A stretch of DNA of 64,000 nt from Candidatus Latescibacterota bacterium (GTDB taxonomy: Bacteria > Latescibacterota > UBA2968 > UBA8231): NCBI GenBank assembly GCA_963422735.1, contig OY730476.1, positions 800,001 to 864,000 of the forward strand, given 5' to 3'. The translations under genes and the position numbers were made by a program. Within the stretch, counting starts at the first letter, position 1, and each line of letters starts with the position of its first letter. The notes below the pieces were generated by a model. That model saw only the letters and a list, made by a program, of their open reading frames with translations. It made no database searches and was not told the origin of the DNA. This document shows, piece after piece, positions 1-11,951 of this stretch.

Positions 1-1
1 G

Positions 2-2608
2 ACCAAAATCGAGGGCAACTCCGCGCACCCCTCCGGCAGCAGAGGCTCTAATGCGCTCGTACAGGCTTCGATTCTCGACCTCTACGACCCCGATCGCTCG
101 CAAACGGTTAAAAACGCCGGTCGCATCAGTGCTTGGAGCATCTTCCTAGCCGATTTGACGCAGCGGCTGAGCTCGCACGAGGCCAACGGCGGTGCTGGCC
201 TGCGTATCCTGACTCAAACGGTGACTTCTCCGACCCTCGGGCACCAGTTGCAGGCCCTGCGGGCTAAATTTCCCCAAGCCCAGTGGCACCAGTACGAACC
301 GGTCAATCGCGACAACGCCCGCGCCGGGGCCCAAATGGCGTTTGGCGAGCCGGTTCATGCGTTTTACGACTTGGCCAAAGCCAAGGTCATCCTGTCGCTG
401 GACGCGGACTTTACCTACAGTGGTGCTGGCAATGTCCGCCACGCTCGGGACTTCGCGGCCGGCCGCAGCGTCCGCAACGGCCCTAAGGCCAGCAATCGGC
501 TCTATGTGGTCGAGAGCAGCCCAACAGCCACGGGCAGCATAGCCGATCATCGCTTGGCACTAGGCACGGCGCACATCGAAGCCTTGGCTCTAAAGGTCGC
601 CCAAGGGCTTGGCATCGGCTGGGAGGGGCCGAGTGTTCCCGCCGACTTCTCCGCTCACGACGCTTGGATTGCGGCCCTAGTCGACGATCTAAAGGCCCAT
701 CGCGGCCAAAGCCTCGTACTCGCTGGTGACCAGCAAGCCCCAGCCATACACGCTTTAGCCCATGCGATCAATCACGCTTTAGGCAATGCGGGCGCAACCG
801 TACACTACACCGAACCCCTCGAAGTCGAGTCGGTTGGTCAGCGAGAGTCGCTGTCTGCTTTAGTCGCCGACATGAACGCCAGCCAAGTCGGGTCTCTGTT
901 CATCCTCGGTGGCAATCCGGTGTACGACGCGCCCGTGGATCTCGATTTTGCTGCCGCGCTCGACAAGGTCGGCTACCGCGTCCACCTCGGCCTGTACGAC
1001 AACGAAACGTCGGAACTCTGCCACTGGCACATTCCGGAATCTCACTTTCTCGAAGCCTGGAGCGACACCCGCGCCCACGACGGCCTCGCCACGATTGTCC
1101 AGCCGCTGATTCGCCCGCTCTACAAGAGCAAATCAGTACACGATCTCTTGGCGGTCCTCACCGGTCAGCCCGGGGTCCCAGATCTCGAAATCGTGCGCCA
1201 GTACTGGGAGGGCCAAGGGCTGGACGCGATCGCTTGGCGCCGCGCACTGCACGACGGCTTCGTCGAGGGCGCACGCCCCAAAGCCCAATCCCTGCAGCTA
1301 GATCCTTTGCACCTGCCGACAATGACAGGAACCCTTCCCGCCGAAGAAGATCTCGAAATCCACTTTCGACCCGATCCCGTGGTGTGGGACGGTCGCTTTA
1401 CCAACAACGCTTGGCTACAGGAAACCCCTAAGCCCATCACGAAGCTAACTTGGGACAACGCCGCCCTCGTCAGCCTAGCCACGGCCGAGCGCCTGCGGCT
1501 CAAGAGCGAATTCCTCGCCGAGCTGCGCTTTGACGGGCGCGCGATCAATGCAGCGGTTTGGATCGTGCCCGGCCAAGCCGACGGCGTCGTCACCCTGCAC
1601 TTAGGCTACGGACAGCAGCGCAGTGGCCGAGTCGGACGGGACGCGGGATTCAATGCCTATGCCCTGCGTCCTACCGCGGCCTTGTGGAGCGGCGGCGGCC
1701 TACAGATCAGCGCATCCTACGACCGCTATCGCCTCGCCTGCACCCAAGATCATCACAGCATGCAGGGCCGCAACTTCGTGCGCCAAGCCTCGCTGGATTA
1801 CTACCAAGCGCATCCGCACTTTGCTCACGAGGGCGCACACGACCCACCCGATGACTTGACGCTGCACAACCGCACGGATCACCAGTACACGGGCTACGCC
1901 TGGGGCATGGTCATCGATCTAAGCTCCTGCATCGGCTGCAATGCGTGTGCAATGGCCTGCCAAGCCGAAAACAACATCCCCGTCGTAGGCAAGGACGAGG
2001 TACTCAACGGCCGCGAAATGCCTTGGATTCGCGTCGATCGCTACTACAAGGGCACACTCGATAACCCCCAGATCGTGCATCAGCCTGTGCCTTGCATGCA
2101 GTGCGAAAACGCTCCTTGCGAGTTGGTTTGTCCGGTCGCGGCTACGACCCACAGCGACGAGGGCCTCAACGACATGGTTTACAACCGCTGCGTCGGCACC
2201 CGCTACTGCGCCAACAACTGCCCCTATAAGGTTAGGCGCTTCAACTTCCTCCAATACGCCGACCGCGATACCGAGAGCTTAAAACTACAGCGCAACCCGG
2301 ATGTCACTACGCGTGCCCGCGGTGTAATGGAAAAATGCACGTACTGCGTCCAGCGCATCAATCAAGCGCGGATTGATGCCAAAAAGGCTAATCGCACCAT
2401 AGGCGATGGCGAGATCGTCACCGCCTGTGAGCAGGCCTGTCCTACCGAATCCATCGTCTTCGGGGACATCAACGACCCCGAGAGCCGGGTCTCCGCGCTC
2501 AAGGCCTCCCCGCTCAATTACGGCATCCTCACGGAGTTGAACACGCGCCCCCGTACTACGTATTTGGCAAGTATCAACAACCCTAATCCAAAAATTGCTG
2601 AGGCTTAG
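2..2608 (+). CDS. actB: Alternative complex III subunit B (molybdopterin-oxidoreductase-like domain + Fe-S ferredoxin domain); 5'-truncated by the window edge
   Basis: Frame open from nt 2 ([10 protein letters not shown]...[13 protein letters not shown]); C-terminal Fe-S motifs [43 protein letters not shown]...ACEQACP; followed by actC-F homologues. Confidence 0.93.
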   Translation, partial: TKIEGNSAHPSGSRGSNALVQASILDLYDPDRSQTVKNAGRISAWSIFLADLTQRLSSHEANGGAGLRILTQTVTSPTLGHQLQALRAKFPQAQWHQYEPVNRDNARAGAQMAFGEPVHAFYDLAKAKVILSLDADFTYSGAGNVRHARDFAAGRSVRNGPKASNRLYVVESSPTATGSIADHRLALGTAHIEALALKVAQGLGIGWEGPSVPADFSAHDAWIAALVDDLKAHRGQSLVLAGDQQAPAIHALAHAINHALGNAGATVHYTEPLEVESVGQRESLSALVADMNASQVGSLFILGGNPVYDAPVDLDFAAALDKVGYRVHLGLYDNETSELCHWHIPESHFLEAWSDTRAHDGLATIVQPLIRPLYKSKSVHDLLAVLTGQPGVPDLEIVRQYWEGQGLDAIAWRRALHDGFVEGARPKAQSLQLDPLHLPTMTGTLPAEEDLEIHFRPDPVVWDGRFTNNAWLQETPKPITKLTWDNAALVSLATAERLRLKSEFLAELRFDGRAINAAVWIVPGQADGVVTLHLGYGQQRSGRVGRDAGFNAYALRPTAALWSGGGLQISASYDRYRLACTQDHHSMQGRNFVRQASLDYYQAHPHFAHEGAHDPPDDLTLHNRTDHQYTGYAWGMVIDLSSCIGCNACAMACQAENNIPVVGKDEVLNGREMPWIRVDRYYKGTLDNPQIVHQPVPCMQCENAPCELVCPVAATTHSDEGLNDMVYNRCVGTRYCANNCPYKVRRFNFLQYADRDTESLKLQRNPDVTTRARGVMEKCTYCVQRINQARIDAKKANRTIGDGEIVTACEQACPTESIVFGDINDPESRVSALKASPLNYGILTELNTRPRTTYLASINNPNPKIAEA

Positions 2609-2609
2609 C

Positions 2610-3983
2610 ATGTCCGAAGCTGCGAAAACGCCTTATCGCCCCCCAGTGTCGGAACTAGGCCCGAGCCAGACCTCGTACACTTCAATCACCGACAAGATCA
2701 GTGGGATCGTCCTGACCAGAAACACCCCGCTGGCGTGGTTCATCTGCTTTGCTTTGGGCTTTCTCCTGCTGTCCGGATTCATGGTGGGCGTTCCCTATCT
2801 GCTCTTTGAGGGCGTGGGCATCTGGGGCATCAACAACCCGGTGGGCTGGGGTTGGGCCATCATCAATTTTGTCTGGTGGATCGGCATCGGCCACGCCGGC
2901 ACGTTGATCTCGGCGATTTTACTGTTGTTCCGACAGCGGTGGCGCACCTCGATCAATCGTGCGGCAGAGGCCATGACCATCTTTGCCGTGCTCTGCGCCG
3001 CGCAGTTTCCGCTCTTTCACACGGGGCGGCCCTGGCTGGCCTGCTACTGGCTGTTGCCCTATCCCAACTCCATGGGCATCTGGCCGCAGTTCCGCAGCCC
3101 GCTGATCTGGGACGTCTTCGCGGTCTCGACCTATTTGACAGTGTCGCTGGTCTTTTGGTTTGTCGGCTTGGTCCCGGACTTAGCGAGCCTGCGCGACCGA
3201 GCCAAAAATCGCATCGCTCAAGTCATCTATGGCATGCTCGCGCTCGGCTGGCGCGGCTCGGCCATTCACTGGGAGCGCTACGAAATGGCGTCCCTCCTGC
3301 TGGCCGGTCTCTCCACGCCCCTTGTGCTTTCTGTTCACAGCGTCGTCAGTTTCGACTTTGCCGTAGCACTTATACCTGGGTGGCACACGACCATATTCCC
3401 CCCTTATTTCGTCGCTGGGGCGATTTACGCGGGCTTTGCCATGGTGCTGACCTTGATGATCCCCATGCGCCTTATCTATGGCTTGGACGACTTCATCACC
3501 GAGCGTCATCTAAACAACATGGCCAAAGTCATGCTGGCCTCCGGGCTGATTGTGGGGTATGGCTACTTCATGGAGCAACTCATATCCTGGTACAGTGCCA
3601 GTGTATTCGAGGGCTTTATGATGCAAAACCGCATGCACGGCCCGTACGGCCCCTTTTACTGGGCCTTGATTGTCTGCAACATAGCCGTGCCGCAGCTCCT
3701 GTGGTTTAGGCACTTCCGCACGAACATGTTCTGGCTATTTTTTATTTCTCAGTTCATCAACGTCGGCATGTGGCTGGAGCGCTTTATCATCGTCGTCACG
3801 AGCCTACACCGGGATTTTATGCCCTCTTCTTGGGACATGTTCCACCCGACGATCTGGGACATCGCCATCTACGCGGGGACCATCGGCCTGTTCATCGTCC
3901 TGTTTTTTCTGTTCATCCGTGGCCTACCGATGATTTCCATCCACGAGATCCGCAATCTGCTGGCCGCTAGAAGCCACAAGTGA
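2610..3983 (+). CDS. actC: Alternative complex III subunit C (NrfD/PsrC-family quinol-binding membrane subunit)
   Basis: [52 protein letters not shown] motifs; multiple TM helices; ATG at 2610 just after the actB stop. Confidence 0.93.
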   Translation: MSEAAKTPYRPPVSELGPSQTSYTSITDKISGIVLTRNTPLAWFICFALGFLLLSGFMVGVPYLLFEGVGIWGINNPVGWGWAIINFVWWIGIGHAGTLISAILLLFRQRWRTSINRAAEAMTIFAVLCAAQFPLFHTGRPWLACYWLLPYPNSMGIWPQFRSPLIWDVFAVSTYLTVSLVFWFVGLVPDLASLRDRAKNRIAQVIYGMLALGWRGSAIHWERYEMASLLLAGLSTPLVLSVHSVVSFDFAVALIPGWHTTIFPPYFVAGAIYAGFAMVLTLMIPMRLIYGLDDFITERHLNNMAKVMLASGLIVGYGYFMEQLISWYSASVFEGFMMQNRMHGPYGPFYWALIVCNIAVPQLLWFRHFRTNMFWLFFISQFINVGMWLERFIIVVTSLHRDFMPSSWDMFHPTIWDIAIYAGTIGLFIVLFFLFIRGLPMISIHEIRNLLAARSHK

Positions 3984-3995
3984 GCCATTGAACTT

Positions 3996-4541
3996 ATGCT
4001 GCAGCGCGAAGAACCAACGCACTACGGCCTACTGGCCGAATTTGAATCTCCCGACGACTTGCTGGCCGCAGCCAAGGAGACTTTCGCCGCTGGCTATCGC
4101 AAGATCGACGCCTATTCGCCCATGCCCATCCACGGCTTGGGCGAGGCCATCGGCTTTCCACGCACTAAGTTACCTTGGCTGGTTTTCGCCTTTGGCCTGC
4201 TCGGTGCCATCACGGGCTACTCCCTGTGCTATTGGGTCTCGGCCATAGACTATCCGCTCAATATCGCCGGCAAGCCCTTGCACAGCGGGCCTATGTTCAT
4301 TCCGGTGACCTTTGAGCTGACCATCCTCTTTGCCGCGCTCAGTTCGGCCTTTGGCATGTTCATCGCCAACGGCCTGCCCCAGCCTTATCACCCGGTCTTC
4401 AACGCGCCTAATTTCGTCCGCGCCAGCCAAGACCGCTTCTTTCTCAGCATCGAAGCCGAAGACCCCCAGTTCGACCGCAAAAAAACCGAGGACTTTCTGC
4501 GCGGCCTGAATCCGCATGAGGTTGTCGAAGTTGAAAAGTAA
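3996..4541 (+). CDS. actD: Alternative complex III subunit D (DUF3341)
   Basis: DAYSPMPIHGL, DYPLNIAGKP, FIPVTFELTIL motifs; two TM helices; position in act operon. Confidence 0.9.
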   Translation: MLQREEPTHYGLLAEFESPDDLLAAAKETFAAGYRKIDAYSPMPIHGLGEAIGFPRTKLPWLVFAFGLLGAITGYSLCYWVSAIDYPLNIAGKPLHSGPMFIPVTFELTILFAALSSAFGMFIANGLPQPYHPVFNAPNFVRASQDRFFLSIEAEDPQFDRKKTEDFLRGLNPHEVVEVEK

Positions 4542-4542
4542 A

Positions 4543-5127
4543 ATGACCATCACCAGCCGACGGCCCGCGGCCCTGTTAGGAGCGGTGCTGTTGCTGATTG
4601 GCACCACCGGTTGCGAGCTGCGGCAGGCCATGTACGACCAAGAAAAATACGAGCCGCTAGAGGCCTCGGCATTCTTCGCCGATGGCATGTCCTTTCGCCC
4701 GCAGGTTGACGGCACCGTGGCGCGCGGCCAACTGATGCTCGACGAGCACTTCTACCAAGGCAAAATACAAGGCCAACTCGCGGAGACCTTGCCGGTGGTA
4801 GTTGACCGCCAGCTACTAGTGCGCGGCAGGGAGCGCTATGACATCTTCTGTGCCCCCTGCCACGACAGGACCGGTGCGGGCAACGGCATGATCGTCCAGC
4901 GGGGGCTTAAACAGCCGCCGAGTTTTCACCAAGAGCGGCTGCGCGAGATACCCGTCGGTCACCTTTTCGATGTCATTACCAATGGCTTTGGCGTCATGTA
5001 TAGCTATGCCGCCCGCATTCCCGTGGCCGACCGCTGGGCCATCATCGCCTATATCAAGGTATTACAGCGAAGCCGAAATCTCGAATTCGACCAACTGCCG
5101 GCCGAGGACCAAAGGCAACTTCAATGA
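4543..5127 (+). CDS. actE: Alternative complex III subunit E (monoheme cytochrome c lipoprotein)
   Basis: Lipobox-like TTGC after hydrophobic signal; MYDQEKYEP; CAPCH heme motif; distal Met in GVMYSYA; DRWAIIAYI. Confidence 0.9.
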   Translation: MTITSRRPAALLGAVLLLIGTTGCELRQAMYDQEKYEPLEASAFFADGMSFRPQVDGTVARGQLMLDEHFYQGKIQGQLAETLPVVVDRQLLVRGRERYDIFCAPCHDRTGAGNGMIVQRGLKQPPSFHQERLREIPVGHLFDVITNGFGVMYSYAARIPVADRWAIIAYIKVLQRSRNLEFDQLPAEDQRQLQ

Positions 5128-6356
5128 ACGAGTCGATTCCCCAGCAATCCACTGCCCTACATCCCTATTTGGACAACCTCCAGCGCCGTGCGCTGGCCGT
5201 GGGCTTGGTCGGCTTGGCCGCCACTGCGGTCGGCTACTTCACCGCCGAGGAGCAGTTCTTCCGCTCTTATTTGCTGGCCTTTACCTTTTGGATCGGCCTG
5301 CCTCTGGGCAGCATGGGCATCCTCATGATCCACCACGTCGGCGGTGGCACTTGGGGATTTTCGATCCGGCGTCTGCTCGAAGCCGCTACCCGCACCTTGC
5401 CGCTGATGTTTCTGCTGTCGCTGCCGATCCTCTTCTTCGGCCTGCACGACCTCTACGAGTGGACGCACCAGAGCGTAGAAGACGACGCCATCCTCAAGCA
5501 AAAGGTCCCATATCTCAACGAGCCTTTCTTTATTGCGCGCACCATACTCTACTTCGCCATTTGGGGACTGTTCGCCTTCCTGCTCAATCGCTGGTCACTG
5601 CAGCAGGACCAGACGACGGAGACGCATCCAACCCATCGCCTGCAGCTTTTGAGCGGTCCGGGTATCGTCATTTTCTTTCTTACCGCGACGCTGGCCTCTA
5701 TTGATTGGCTAATGTCGCTTGAGCCGCATTGGTTCTCGACGATCTTTGGCATCATCTACATTTTGGGCATGGGGCTGATGGCCTGGGGGTTCGCGTTCCT
5801 CATCGCCGTCCCCCTCTCGCGGCAGGAACCGCTACAGGGCCTGATTACCGAGCAGCACCTGCGCGACTTGGGCACCTTTATGCTAGCCTGCGTCATGCTT
5901 TGGGCATATACCTCGTTTTCCCAGTTGCTCATCATTTGGTCGGCTAATTTGCCCGAGGAGATTACCTGGTACATAACCCGCTTGGAGGGCGGCTGGCAAT
6001 ACGTCGGCTACGGGCTGCTGGTGTTTCACTTTGCCGTCCCCTTTCTGTTTCTCATATCTAGCACTATGAAGTCCAAAACCAAGCTGCTCGGCACCCTTGC
6101 CGCTGGCCTAGTCTTCATGCGCTTGGTCGATTTGTACTGGATTACAGCACCGGCTTTCACCAAAGTCCACGCCGAGCAGGGACCGAGCTTCCACAGCACC
6201 GGGATCACCCTACATTGGCTCGACCTAGTCATTCCAATAGGCATCGGCGGCATCGTTATTGCGCTTTTCTTCGCGCAGCTAAAAAAGCGCGCCCTGATCG
6301 CGCAAAACGACCCCCGCTTTACAGACCTCTACAGCGGCGAAAGCAATCATGGCTGA
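5124..6356 (+). CDS. actF: Alternative complex III subunit F (polytopic membrane protein)
   Basis: DWLMSLEPHWFST, WAYTSFSQLLIIWSANLPEE motifs; about 10 TM segments. Confidence 0.88.
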   Translation: MNESIPQQSTALHPYLDNLQRRALAVGLVGLAATAVGYFTAEEQFFRSYLLAFTFWIGLPLGSMGILMIHHVGGGTWGFSIRRLLEAATRTLPLMFLLSLPILFFGLHDLYEWTHQSVEDDAILKQKVPYLNEPFFIARTILYFAIWGLFAFLLNRWSLQQDQTTETHPTHRLQLLSGPGIVIFFLTATLASIDWLMSLEPHWFSTIFGIIYILGMGLMAWGFAFLIAVPLSRQEPLQGLITEQHLRDLGTFMLACVMLWAYTSFSQLLIIWSANLPEEITWYITRLEGGWQYVGYGLLVFHFAVPFLFLISSTMKSKTKLLGTLAAGLVFMRLVDLYWITAPAFTKVHAEQGPSFHSTGITLHWLDLVIPIGIGGIVIALFFAQLKKRALIAQNDPRFTDLYSGESNHG

Positions 6357-6741
6357 ACGATCACACGACCCAAACAACTCCGGCTACGAGACGACGGATG
6401 CGCGGATAACGCCGCTGGCACAGACCGGTCTTTTTATCGTCGCGCTAGTCGTCGCTTCTTTTGTCGGCATGATAGTCTTATTCAGGGTTTTCGCCTATTA
6501 CCAGCCGCTCTTCGACGATCCAGTCCCGCCGCTCGTGGCCGATCGCATCGCCAGCGACGCGCCGCGACTACAGGTGGACCCGCCAAAGCAAAAGTCCGAG
6601 TTGGCCCAAAGCGAAGCTGCGCTCCTCGGCTCCTATGGCTGGATCGACCAACAAGTGAAGGTAGTACACATTCCCATCGAGCGAGCGATTGATCTGGTGA
6701 GCGAGGGCAAAATACAGCTCATCGCGCCAGCGGCACCATGA
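6349..6741 (+). CDS. ActG-like single-TM accessory protein of the ACIII/caa3 cluster
   Basis: GYETTDA, one TM helix, PRLQ...SYGWID...HIPIERAIDL; lies between actF and sco. Confidence 0.7.
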   Translation: MAERSHDPNNSGYETTDARITPLAQTGLFIVALVVASFVGMIVLFRVFAYYQPLFDDPVPPLVADRIASDAPRLQVDPPKQKSELAQSEAALLGSYGWIDQQVKVVHIPIERAIDLVSEGKIQLIAPAAP

Positions 6742-7577
6742 GCGGGGCTACAATTACATTCGCTCGGAGCGCGATCTTTGCGGCATTGGCCGTGCCGCTT
6801 TTGTTAGCCGGCCAGACCGAGGCGCAGAGCTATACCCAGCAGCTACAAGAGCGCATCGGCATCGACCAGAAGCTGGGCGACCAGCTCCCCTTGGATCTCG
6901 AATTCACCGACTCCAGCGGCGAGCGCACCTCGCTGCGCCAATACTTCGGCAAAAAGCCCGTCGTGCTCACCTTGGTGTACTACGAATGCCCCATGCTCTG
7001 CACTCAAGTGCTAAACAGTCTCTTGCGGGCCATGAACGTGCTGAGTTTTGGCATTGGCACGGATTTCGATGTCCTGACCATCAGCGTCGATCCCGGGGAA
7101 ACGCCGGAATTGGCCGCGGCCAAAAAAGCCGAGTACAGCAAAAACTACCGCGGCCGCGATGGTTCTACGGGTTGGCATTTCCTCACTGGTGAGCAAGACC
7201 AGATCGAGCAGCTAGCCGCAGCCGTCGGCTTTCGCTACGAATACGACGAAGACACCGATCAGTACATCCACGCCAGCGGCTTGATAGTGCTGACGCCGGA
7301 AGGTAAACTGGCGCGCTATTTCTACGGCATCGACTACCCTCCGCGCGACTTGCGCTGGGGTCTCGTCGAAGCAGCCGACGGTGCCATCGGCAACCCGGTC
7401 GATCAGCTACTCCTGCTCTGCTACAGCTACGACCCAATGACCGGCAAATACGGTCTCTATATTCGCAATTCCCTGCGCATCGGTGGGCTGATTACTGTGC
7501 TGGCTCTCGTCGCCTTTATCATCGCTATGCTCAAACGGGAGCGCAGCAACAATCCGCACCAGCCTCAGTTGAACTAG
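6738..7577 (+). CDS. sco: SCO family copper chaperone for cytochrome c oxidase assembly
   Basis: Signal peptide, YYECPMLC CxxxC motif, WHFLTG, conserved His (YIHAS). Confidence 0.9.
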   Translation: MSGATITFARSAIFAALAVPLLLAGQTEAQSYTQQLQERIGIDQKLGDQLPLDLEFTDSSGERTSLRQYFGKKPVVLTLVYYECPMLCTQVLNSLLRAMNVLSFGIGTDFDVLTISVDPGETPELAAAKKAEYSKNYRGRDGSTGWHFLTGEQDQIEQLAAAVGFRYEYDEDTDQYIHASGLIVLTPEGKLARYFYGIDYPPRDLRWGLVEAADGAIGNPVDQLLLLCYSYDPMTGKYGLYIRNSLRIGGLITVLALVAFIIAMLKRERSNNPHQPQLN

Positions 7578-7595
7578 TTCGGAGCCTTGAACCGC

Positions 7596-8531
7596 ATGTC
7601 CGACTTCCCACTTTTTCCCGCCCAAGCCTCCACCATCGCTTGGCAAGTAGATGCCCTGTACGCCTTCTTGCTCGTCTTGACTGTGGTCTTCTGCCTGCTC
7701 GTCTTCGGCATGGTCATCATCTTCGCCATCAAGTACCGCCGCCGATCGGAAGACGAACAGCCCGAGCAAAACCACGGCAATCTCGTCCTCGAACTGTCTT
7801 GGACTATCATTCCGCTCTTCCTCGCGCTTTTCGTCTTTTTGCTCGGAGCCGATGTCTTCTTCCGGCTCCAGCGGCCACCGTCCGATCCCTTGGAGATCTA
7901 CGCGGTCGGCAAGCAATGGATGTGGAAAATCCAGCACGAATCGGGCAAGCGAGAAATCAATACCCTACACGTGCCCAAGGGCCAGCCCGTTCGCCTGACT
8001 ATGACCTCGGAGGACACAATCCACGACTTTTTCATTCCGGCCTTCCGGGTCAAAAACGACGTGGTGCCCGGGCGCTATACCACCCTGTGGTTCGAGGCCA
8101 CGCAGACGGGCGAGTTCCACTTGTTTTGCGCCGAGTATTGCGGTACTCAGCACTCGGGTATGATTGGCAAGGTGATCGTCTTAGAGCCAGCGGATTACCA
8201 CGACTGGCTGATGGGAGCGTCCAGCGGCGAATCCATGGTCGAGGCGGGCGAGCGCCAGTTCCAGCAACTCGGCTGCGAGACCTGCCACAAGTCCGCGGCC
8301 ACGGGGCGCGGCCCTTCGCTGGTCGGGATTTACGACAAGCCGATTACGCTCAGCAACGGGCAGGAGATAGTCGTCGATAGCGACTATATCCGCGAGTCCA
8401 TACTCCAGCCCAAGGCCAAAATCGTCGCCGGGTACGAGCCGATTATGCCCGTCTTCGAGGGGCAGATCAGCGAGCAGTCGCTGCTGCAAATCGCGTCTTA
8501 TATAAAATCCCTGAGTGAGTCCGCAGAGTGA
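7596..8531 (+). CDS. coxB: Cytochrome c oxidase subunit II with fused cytochrome c (caa3 type)
   Basis: Two TMs, KQWMW, DTIHDF, CuA motif [13 protein letters not shown]-terminal CETCH heme motif. Confidence 0.95.
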   Translation: MSDFPLFPAQASTIAWQVDALYAFLLVLTVVFCLLVFGMVIIFAIKYRRRSEDEQPEQNHGNLVLELSWTIIPLFLALFVFLLGADVFFRLQRPPSDPLEIYAVGKQWMWKIQHESGKREINTLHVPKGQPVRLTMTSEDTIHDFFIPAFRVKNDVVPGRYTTLWFEATQTGEFHLFCAEYCGTQHSGMIGKVIVLEPADYHDWLMGASSGESMVEAGERQFQQLGCETCHKSAATGRGPSLVGIYDKPITLSNGQEIVVDSDYIRESILQPKAKIVAGYEPIMPVFEGQISEQSLLQIASYIKSLSESAE

Positions 8532-8556
8532 ACATCCCAACGAGGTCATTCAAGCC

Positions 8557-10224
8557 ATGAGCCATGCAGTTAGTGCCAACGGCGAGCCAAGAAACTATCT
8601 CAACGAAACCTATGGGATCAAATCTTGGCTCCTGACCCTAGATCACAAGCGCATCGGTATCCTCTACTTGATAACGATGGCGATCTTCTTCTTGGCCGGC
8701 AGCCTTTTCGCCAGTATGATTCGCTTTGAGTTGATGACGCCCAAGGGCGATTTGGTCGAGGCCGAGACCTACAACAAGCTCTTCACCATGCACGGCGTGG
8801 TGATGATCTTCTTCTTCCTCATTCCCTCCATCCCGGCGGCACTGGGCAACTTTTTCATTCCCCTACAGATCGGCGCTCGGGATGTGGCCTTTCCCCGCCT
8901 GAATCTCCTCAGCTACTATCTCTACGCGGCCGGGGGGCTGTTCGCCGTGCTGGCCATCATCTTGGGGGGCATTGATACGGGTTGGACCTTTTACACGCCT
9001 TACAGCAGCACATACTCAACTTCGTTTGTCTCCCTTGCCTTAGTCGGCGTTTTTGTCAACGGCTTCTCTTCGATCCTCACCGGGGTCAACTTCATGGTCA
9101 CCATCCACAAAATGCGAGCCCCGGGCATGACGTGGTTCCGCTTGCCGCTTTTTATTTGGGGGCACTACGCGACCAGCCTGATTCAGGTCCTAGGTACCCC
9201 AGTGGTGGCCATCACCTTGTTGCTAGTCTGCTTCGAGCGCATCTTCAAGATCGGCATTTTCGATCCCAATTACGGCGGCGATCCGGTGCTCTTTCAGCAC
9301 ATGTTCTGGTTTTACTCGCATCCGGCCGTGTATATCATGATCCTGCCGGGCTTTGCCGTCATTAGCGAAGTAGTAGCTTGCTTCTCGCGCAAGCGGGTCT
9401 TCGGCTATTCGTTTGTCGCCTTTTCTTCCTTGGCCATCGCCATCCTCGGCTTTCTCGTCTGGGGACACCACATGTTTGTATCGGGTCAGTCCACCTACGC
9501 CAGCATGGTCTTTTCCTTTATTACCTTCTTCGTGGCCGTGCCCTCGGCCATCAAAATTTTCAACTGGTCTTTCACCCTTCACAAAGGCTCGGTTCAGCTA
9601 GACTCGCCCATGCTCTACGTGATGGGCTTTATCGGCCTTTTTACCATTGGCGGGCTGACGGGCCTGTTCCTCTCCACCTTGGGCACCGACGTCCATCTCC
9701 ACGACACCTACTTCGTGGTAGCCCACTTTCACTATGTCATGGTAGGCGGCATGGTCATGGCGTTCCTCTGCGGCCTGCACTTTTGGTGGCCTAAAATGAC
9801 CGGGCGCATGTACCCGGAAGGGGCGGCCAAGCTCGGCGTCATGTTCGTCTTCGCCGGGTTCAACCTGACCTTCTTTCCCCAGTTTGTCTTGGGCTACTTG
9901 GGGATGCCTAGGCGCTATCACGCCTATCCCGAGGAATGGCAAGCCCTCAACATCATGTCCACAGCGGGTGCCACAGTCCTCGGGCTGGGCTTCTCGCTGA
10001 CCATTGTCTATCTCCTCTGGTCCTTATTTAAGGGCCAGAAGGCCACCGCCAACCCATTCCAAGCCAAGGGCCTCGAATGGGACATCCCCTCGCCGCCCAT
10101 AGCCCATAACTTCGAAACCATCCCGATAGTTACTTGGGAAGCCTATCCCTACGGCGAGGAGGAACCAGCCCCGCCGGGCACCGAGGTCGTACCTGAACGC
10201 GCTAAGGAGGATGAAGTTGTCTGA
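8557..10224 (+). CDS. ctaD: Cytochrome c oxidase subunit I (heme-copper oxidase, A2 type)
   Basis: [24 protein letters not shown] (YS motif of type A2), [23 protein letters not shown]; start 8557 (ATG) or 8515. Confidence 0.97.
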   Translation: MSHAVSANGEPRNYLNETYGIKSWLLTLDHKRIGILYLITMAIFFLAGSLFASMIRFELMTPKGDLVEAETYNKLFTMHGVVMIFFFLIPSIPAALGNFFIPLQIGARDVAFPRLNLLSYYLYAAGGLFAVLAIILGGIDTGWTFYTPYSSTYSTSFVSLALVGVFVNGFSSILTGVNFMVTIHKMRAPGMTWFRLPLFIWGHYATSLIQVLGTPVVAITLLLVCFERIFKIGIFDPNYGGDPVLFQHMFWFYSHPAVYIMILPGFAVISEVVACFSRKRVFGYSFVAFSSLAIAILGFLVWGHHMFVSGQSTYASMVFSFITFFVAVPSAIKIFNWSFTLHKGSVQLDSPMLYVMGFIGLFTIGGLTGLFLSTLGTDVHLHDTYFVVAHFHYVMVGGMVMAFLCGLHFWWPKMTGRMYPEGAAKLGVMFVFAGFNLTFFPQFVLGYLGMPRRYHAYPEEWQALNIMSTAGATVLGLGFSLTIVYLLWSLFKGQKATANPFQAKGLEWDIPSPPIAHNFETIPIVTWEAYPYGEEEPAPPGTEVVPERAKEDEVV

Positions 10225-10885
10225 GCACGCACATAGTGCCCACCACCTGCACCAGTTCGAGACGGCGGAGCAGCAATACGAAGCCGCCAGTCTCGGCATG
10301 TGGGCGTTCATCATCCAAGAGATTCTCTTCTTCGGGGGGCTGTTCGGTGCCTATACCGTATATCGCAACACCTATATCGACGCCTTTACCGCTGGCTCGC
10401 ACCACCTCGACATCTTCTGGGGCACCTTCAATACCATCGTGCTGATCGCCAGCAGCCTGACCATGGCGCTGGCCGTCCGCGCTGCACAGACCAACGCTGG
10501 TCGCAACGCGATTACGGGATGGCTCGTCGCCACGATCATTCTCGGATGCGCCTTCTTAGGCGTCAAGTACATCGAGTATAGCGATAAGTGGCACCATCAC
10601 CTTATCCCCGGCAGCATGTTCCAGTGGAATGACCCCGCCTTTCCCGAGGTTTCGCTCGGCAACGCCAAAATTTTCTTCTCGTTTTACTTTGTGATGACCG
10701 GGATGCACGCGCTGCACATGGTCATCGGCGTCGGCATCATGCTGTGGATGATCGCCAAGGTCCGGCGCAACGAGATTTCGGCTCAGTACTTCACACCAAT
10801 CGAAATTAGCGGCCTTTATTGGCACTTCGTGGATATCGTGTGGATTTTCCTCTTTCCCCTGCTCTATCTGATCGGACGCCACTAA
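10211..10885 (+). CDS. ctaE: Cytochrome c oxidase subunit III
   Basis: [52 protein letters not shown]; TTG at 10217 is better spaced from the AAGGAGG RBS and may be the real start. Confidence 0.95.
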   Translation: MKLSEHAHSAHHLHQFETAEQQYEAASLGMWAFIIQEILFFGGLFGAYTVYRNTYIDAFTAGSHHLDIFWGTFNTIVLIASSLTMALAVRAAQTNAGRNAITGWLVATIILGCAFLGVKYIEYSDKWHHHLIPGSMFQWNDPAFPEVSLGNAKIFFSFYFVMTGMHALHMVIGVGIMLWMIAKVRRNEISAQYFTPIEISGLYWHFVDIVWIFLFPLLYLIGRH

Positions 10886-11214
10886 TGTCTGAACATCACG
10901 TCGTCCCGCTCAAGATCTACTTTCTAATCTTCTCCGCCCTGATGATCGGCACGGTCCTCACCGTGGCCGCCGCCTTTGTCAACATGGGCTTTTTGAATAC
11001 CCCGGTCGCCCTGATCATCGCCTTAGTAAAGGCATCGCTGGTCATCTTGTTCTTCATGCACGTGAAATACAGCCCCAAGCTGGTCGGGCTGTTTGCCGTG
11101 TCCGGCTTCTTCTGGCTGTGCATCCTGTTGGCCTTGACCATGCAGGACTATTACACGCGCGGCTGGGGCGAAGAAGCGCCGGTGGAGTTTCTCAAGCAAG
11201 GGTCGTTCTTCTAA
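10885..11214 (+). CDS. ctaF: Cytochrome c oxidase subunit IV
   Basis: Three TMs, KASLVILFFMHVKY motif; TAATG coupling to subunit III. Confidence 0.9.
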   Translation: MSEHHVVPLKIYFLIFSALMIGTVLTVAAAFVNMGFLNTPVALIIALVKASLVILFFMHVKYSPKLVGLFAVSGFFWLCILLALTMQDYYTRGWGEEAPVEFLKQGSFF

Positions 11215-11257
11215 GGATGATGGTGAGGGATGAGACTGGTGGAAAGAAATTAGGGAT

Positions 11258-11482
11258 ATGTCGATTAAGCTAAAGGACATCTGGCCAATCGAGAATGTTG
11301 GCGATTACAAGGTCCATTTCGGACGAGACTTCATCTTTTCGCTGATGAACTTTTACCGTTTTTCGCTGATGAACTTTTACCGTGAGAAAGACGGCTGGCT
11401 ATTCGGAGGAATCTTCCGCGTCTTGGCTCAGCATGAAGATCGCTACGCGGTTAGGCCCTCGGAGCCGGGAATGTCGATATAG
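11258..11482 (+). pseudogene. Degraded N-terminal fragment resembling a family usually annotated as GIY-YIG nuclease
   Basis: IWPIENVGDYKVHF...FIFSLMNFY.E.D.WLFGGIFRV recalled from that family; apparent internal deletion, 24-bp tandem duplication, no C-terminal domain. Confidence 0.55.
11336..11383. repeat. Perfect 24-bp tandem duplication (ttttcgctgatgaacttttaccgt x2)
   Basis: Directly visible; gives FSLMNFYR twice in the translation. Confidence 0.95.
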
Positions 11483-11634
11483 GCCACCGTTCCCTGGCCT
11501 GCGGGGCTGTAGGCGGCACTATACAGACTGGGTTGTCCGCTGTCGGCTTGGGCTCCGGGCGGGCGCAGATAGAGAATCCAGTGTTCGCCGGGCCAGAGGA
11601 GCGCGGCACTCCGCTCGTGCGTTTTGCGTCGCAT
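11443..11634 (-). pseudogene. Possible 3'-truncated hypothetical gene colliding with the GIY-YIG-like fragment
   Basis: 63-aa ORF with plausible composition (WPGEHWILYLR...SLYSAAYSPAGQG), downstream of the displaced groES 3' copy. Confidence 0.35.
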
Positions 11635-11675
11635 GGAGGTGTCAGGATTGCACTTTACACGTTGGAACCATGCCG

Positions 11676-11711
11676 CTCAAGCAATATCGCGGACCAGCAT
11701 CAAGATCGCCG
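11676..11711 (-). repeat. Displaced duplicate of the groES-like gene 3' end (partner copy at 12140-12175)
   Basis: 33/36 identity; encodes AILMLVRDIA* versus AILVLVRDIA*. Confidence 0.92.
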
Positions 11712-11712
11712 A

Positions 11713-11951
11713 TTAGCGATATGCCTCGTGGCGGTGTTCCACTCGGTAGATGGTAACAACTCGCCCGCGATCATCTATGTCGTAGAGAATTCGATAGACT
11801 CCCACACGCAAGCTGTAATCCGTTCTTTCTTGAAGCCTTTTTGCAGATGTAGGAAGAGGATTTTCTGACAGGCTATCGATGTGTCTGCTCATCAAGGCGG
11901 CAGATTAGAGAGGTCTCGCATCGCCCGCCGCATGATGCGAACGCTATACAT
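11713..11951 (-). pseudogene. RelE/ParE family toxin, frameshifted
   Basis: ATG at 11951 gives MYSVRIMRRAMRDLSNLPP*, then another frame continues LMSRHIDSLSENPLP...YSLRVGVYRILYDIDD...VTIYRVEHRHEAYR*. Confidence 0.85.

Noticed and set aside
11191-11199. ctcaagcaa shared between the ctaF end and the groES repeats
   Set aside because: Only 9 nt, on opposite coding strands; compatible with chance
11889-11894. TGA TGA in relE as recoding or selenocysteine read-through
   Set aside because: The protein continues in a different frame, consistent with a deletion
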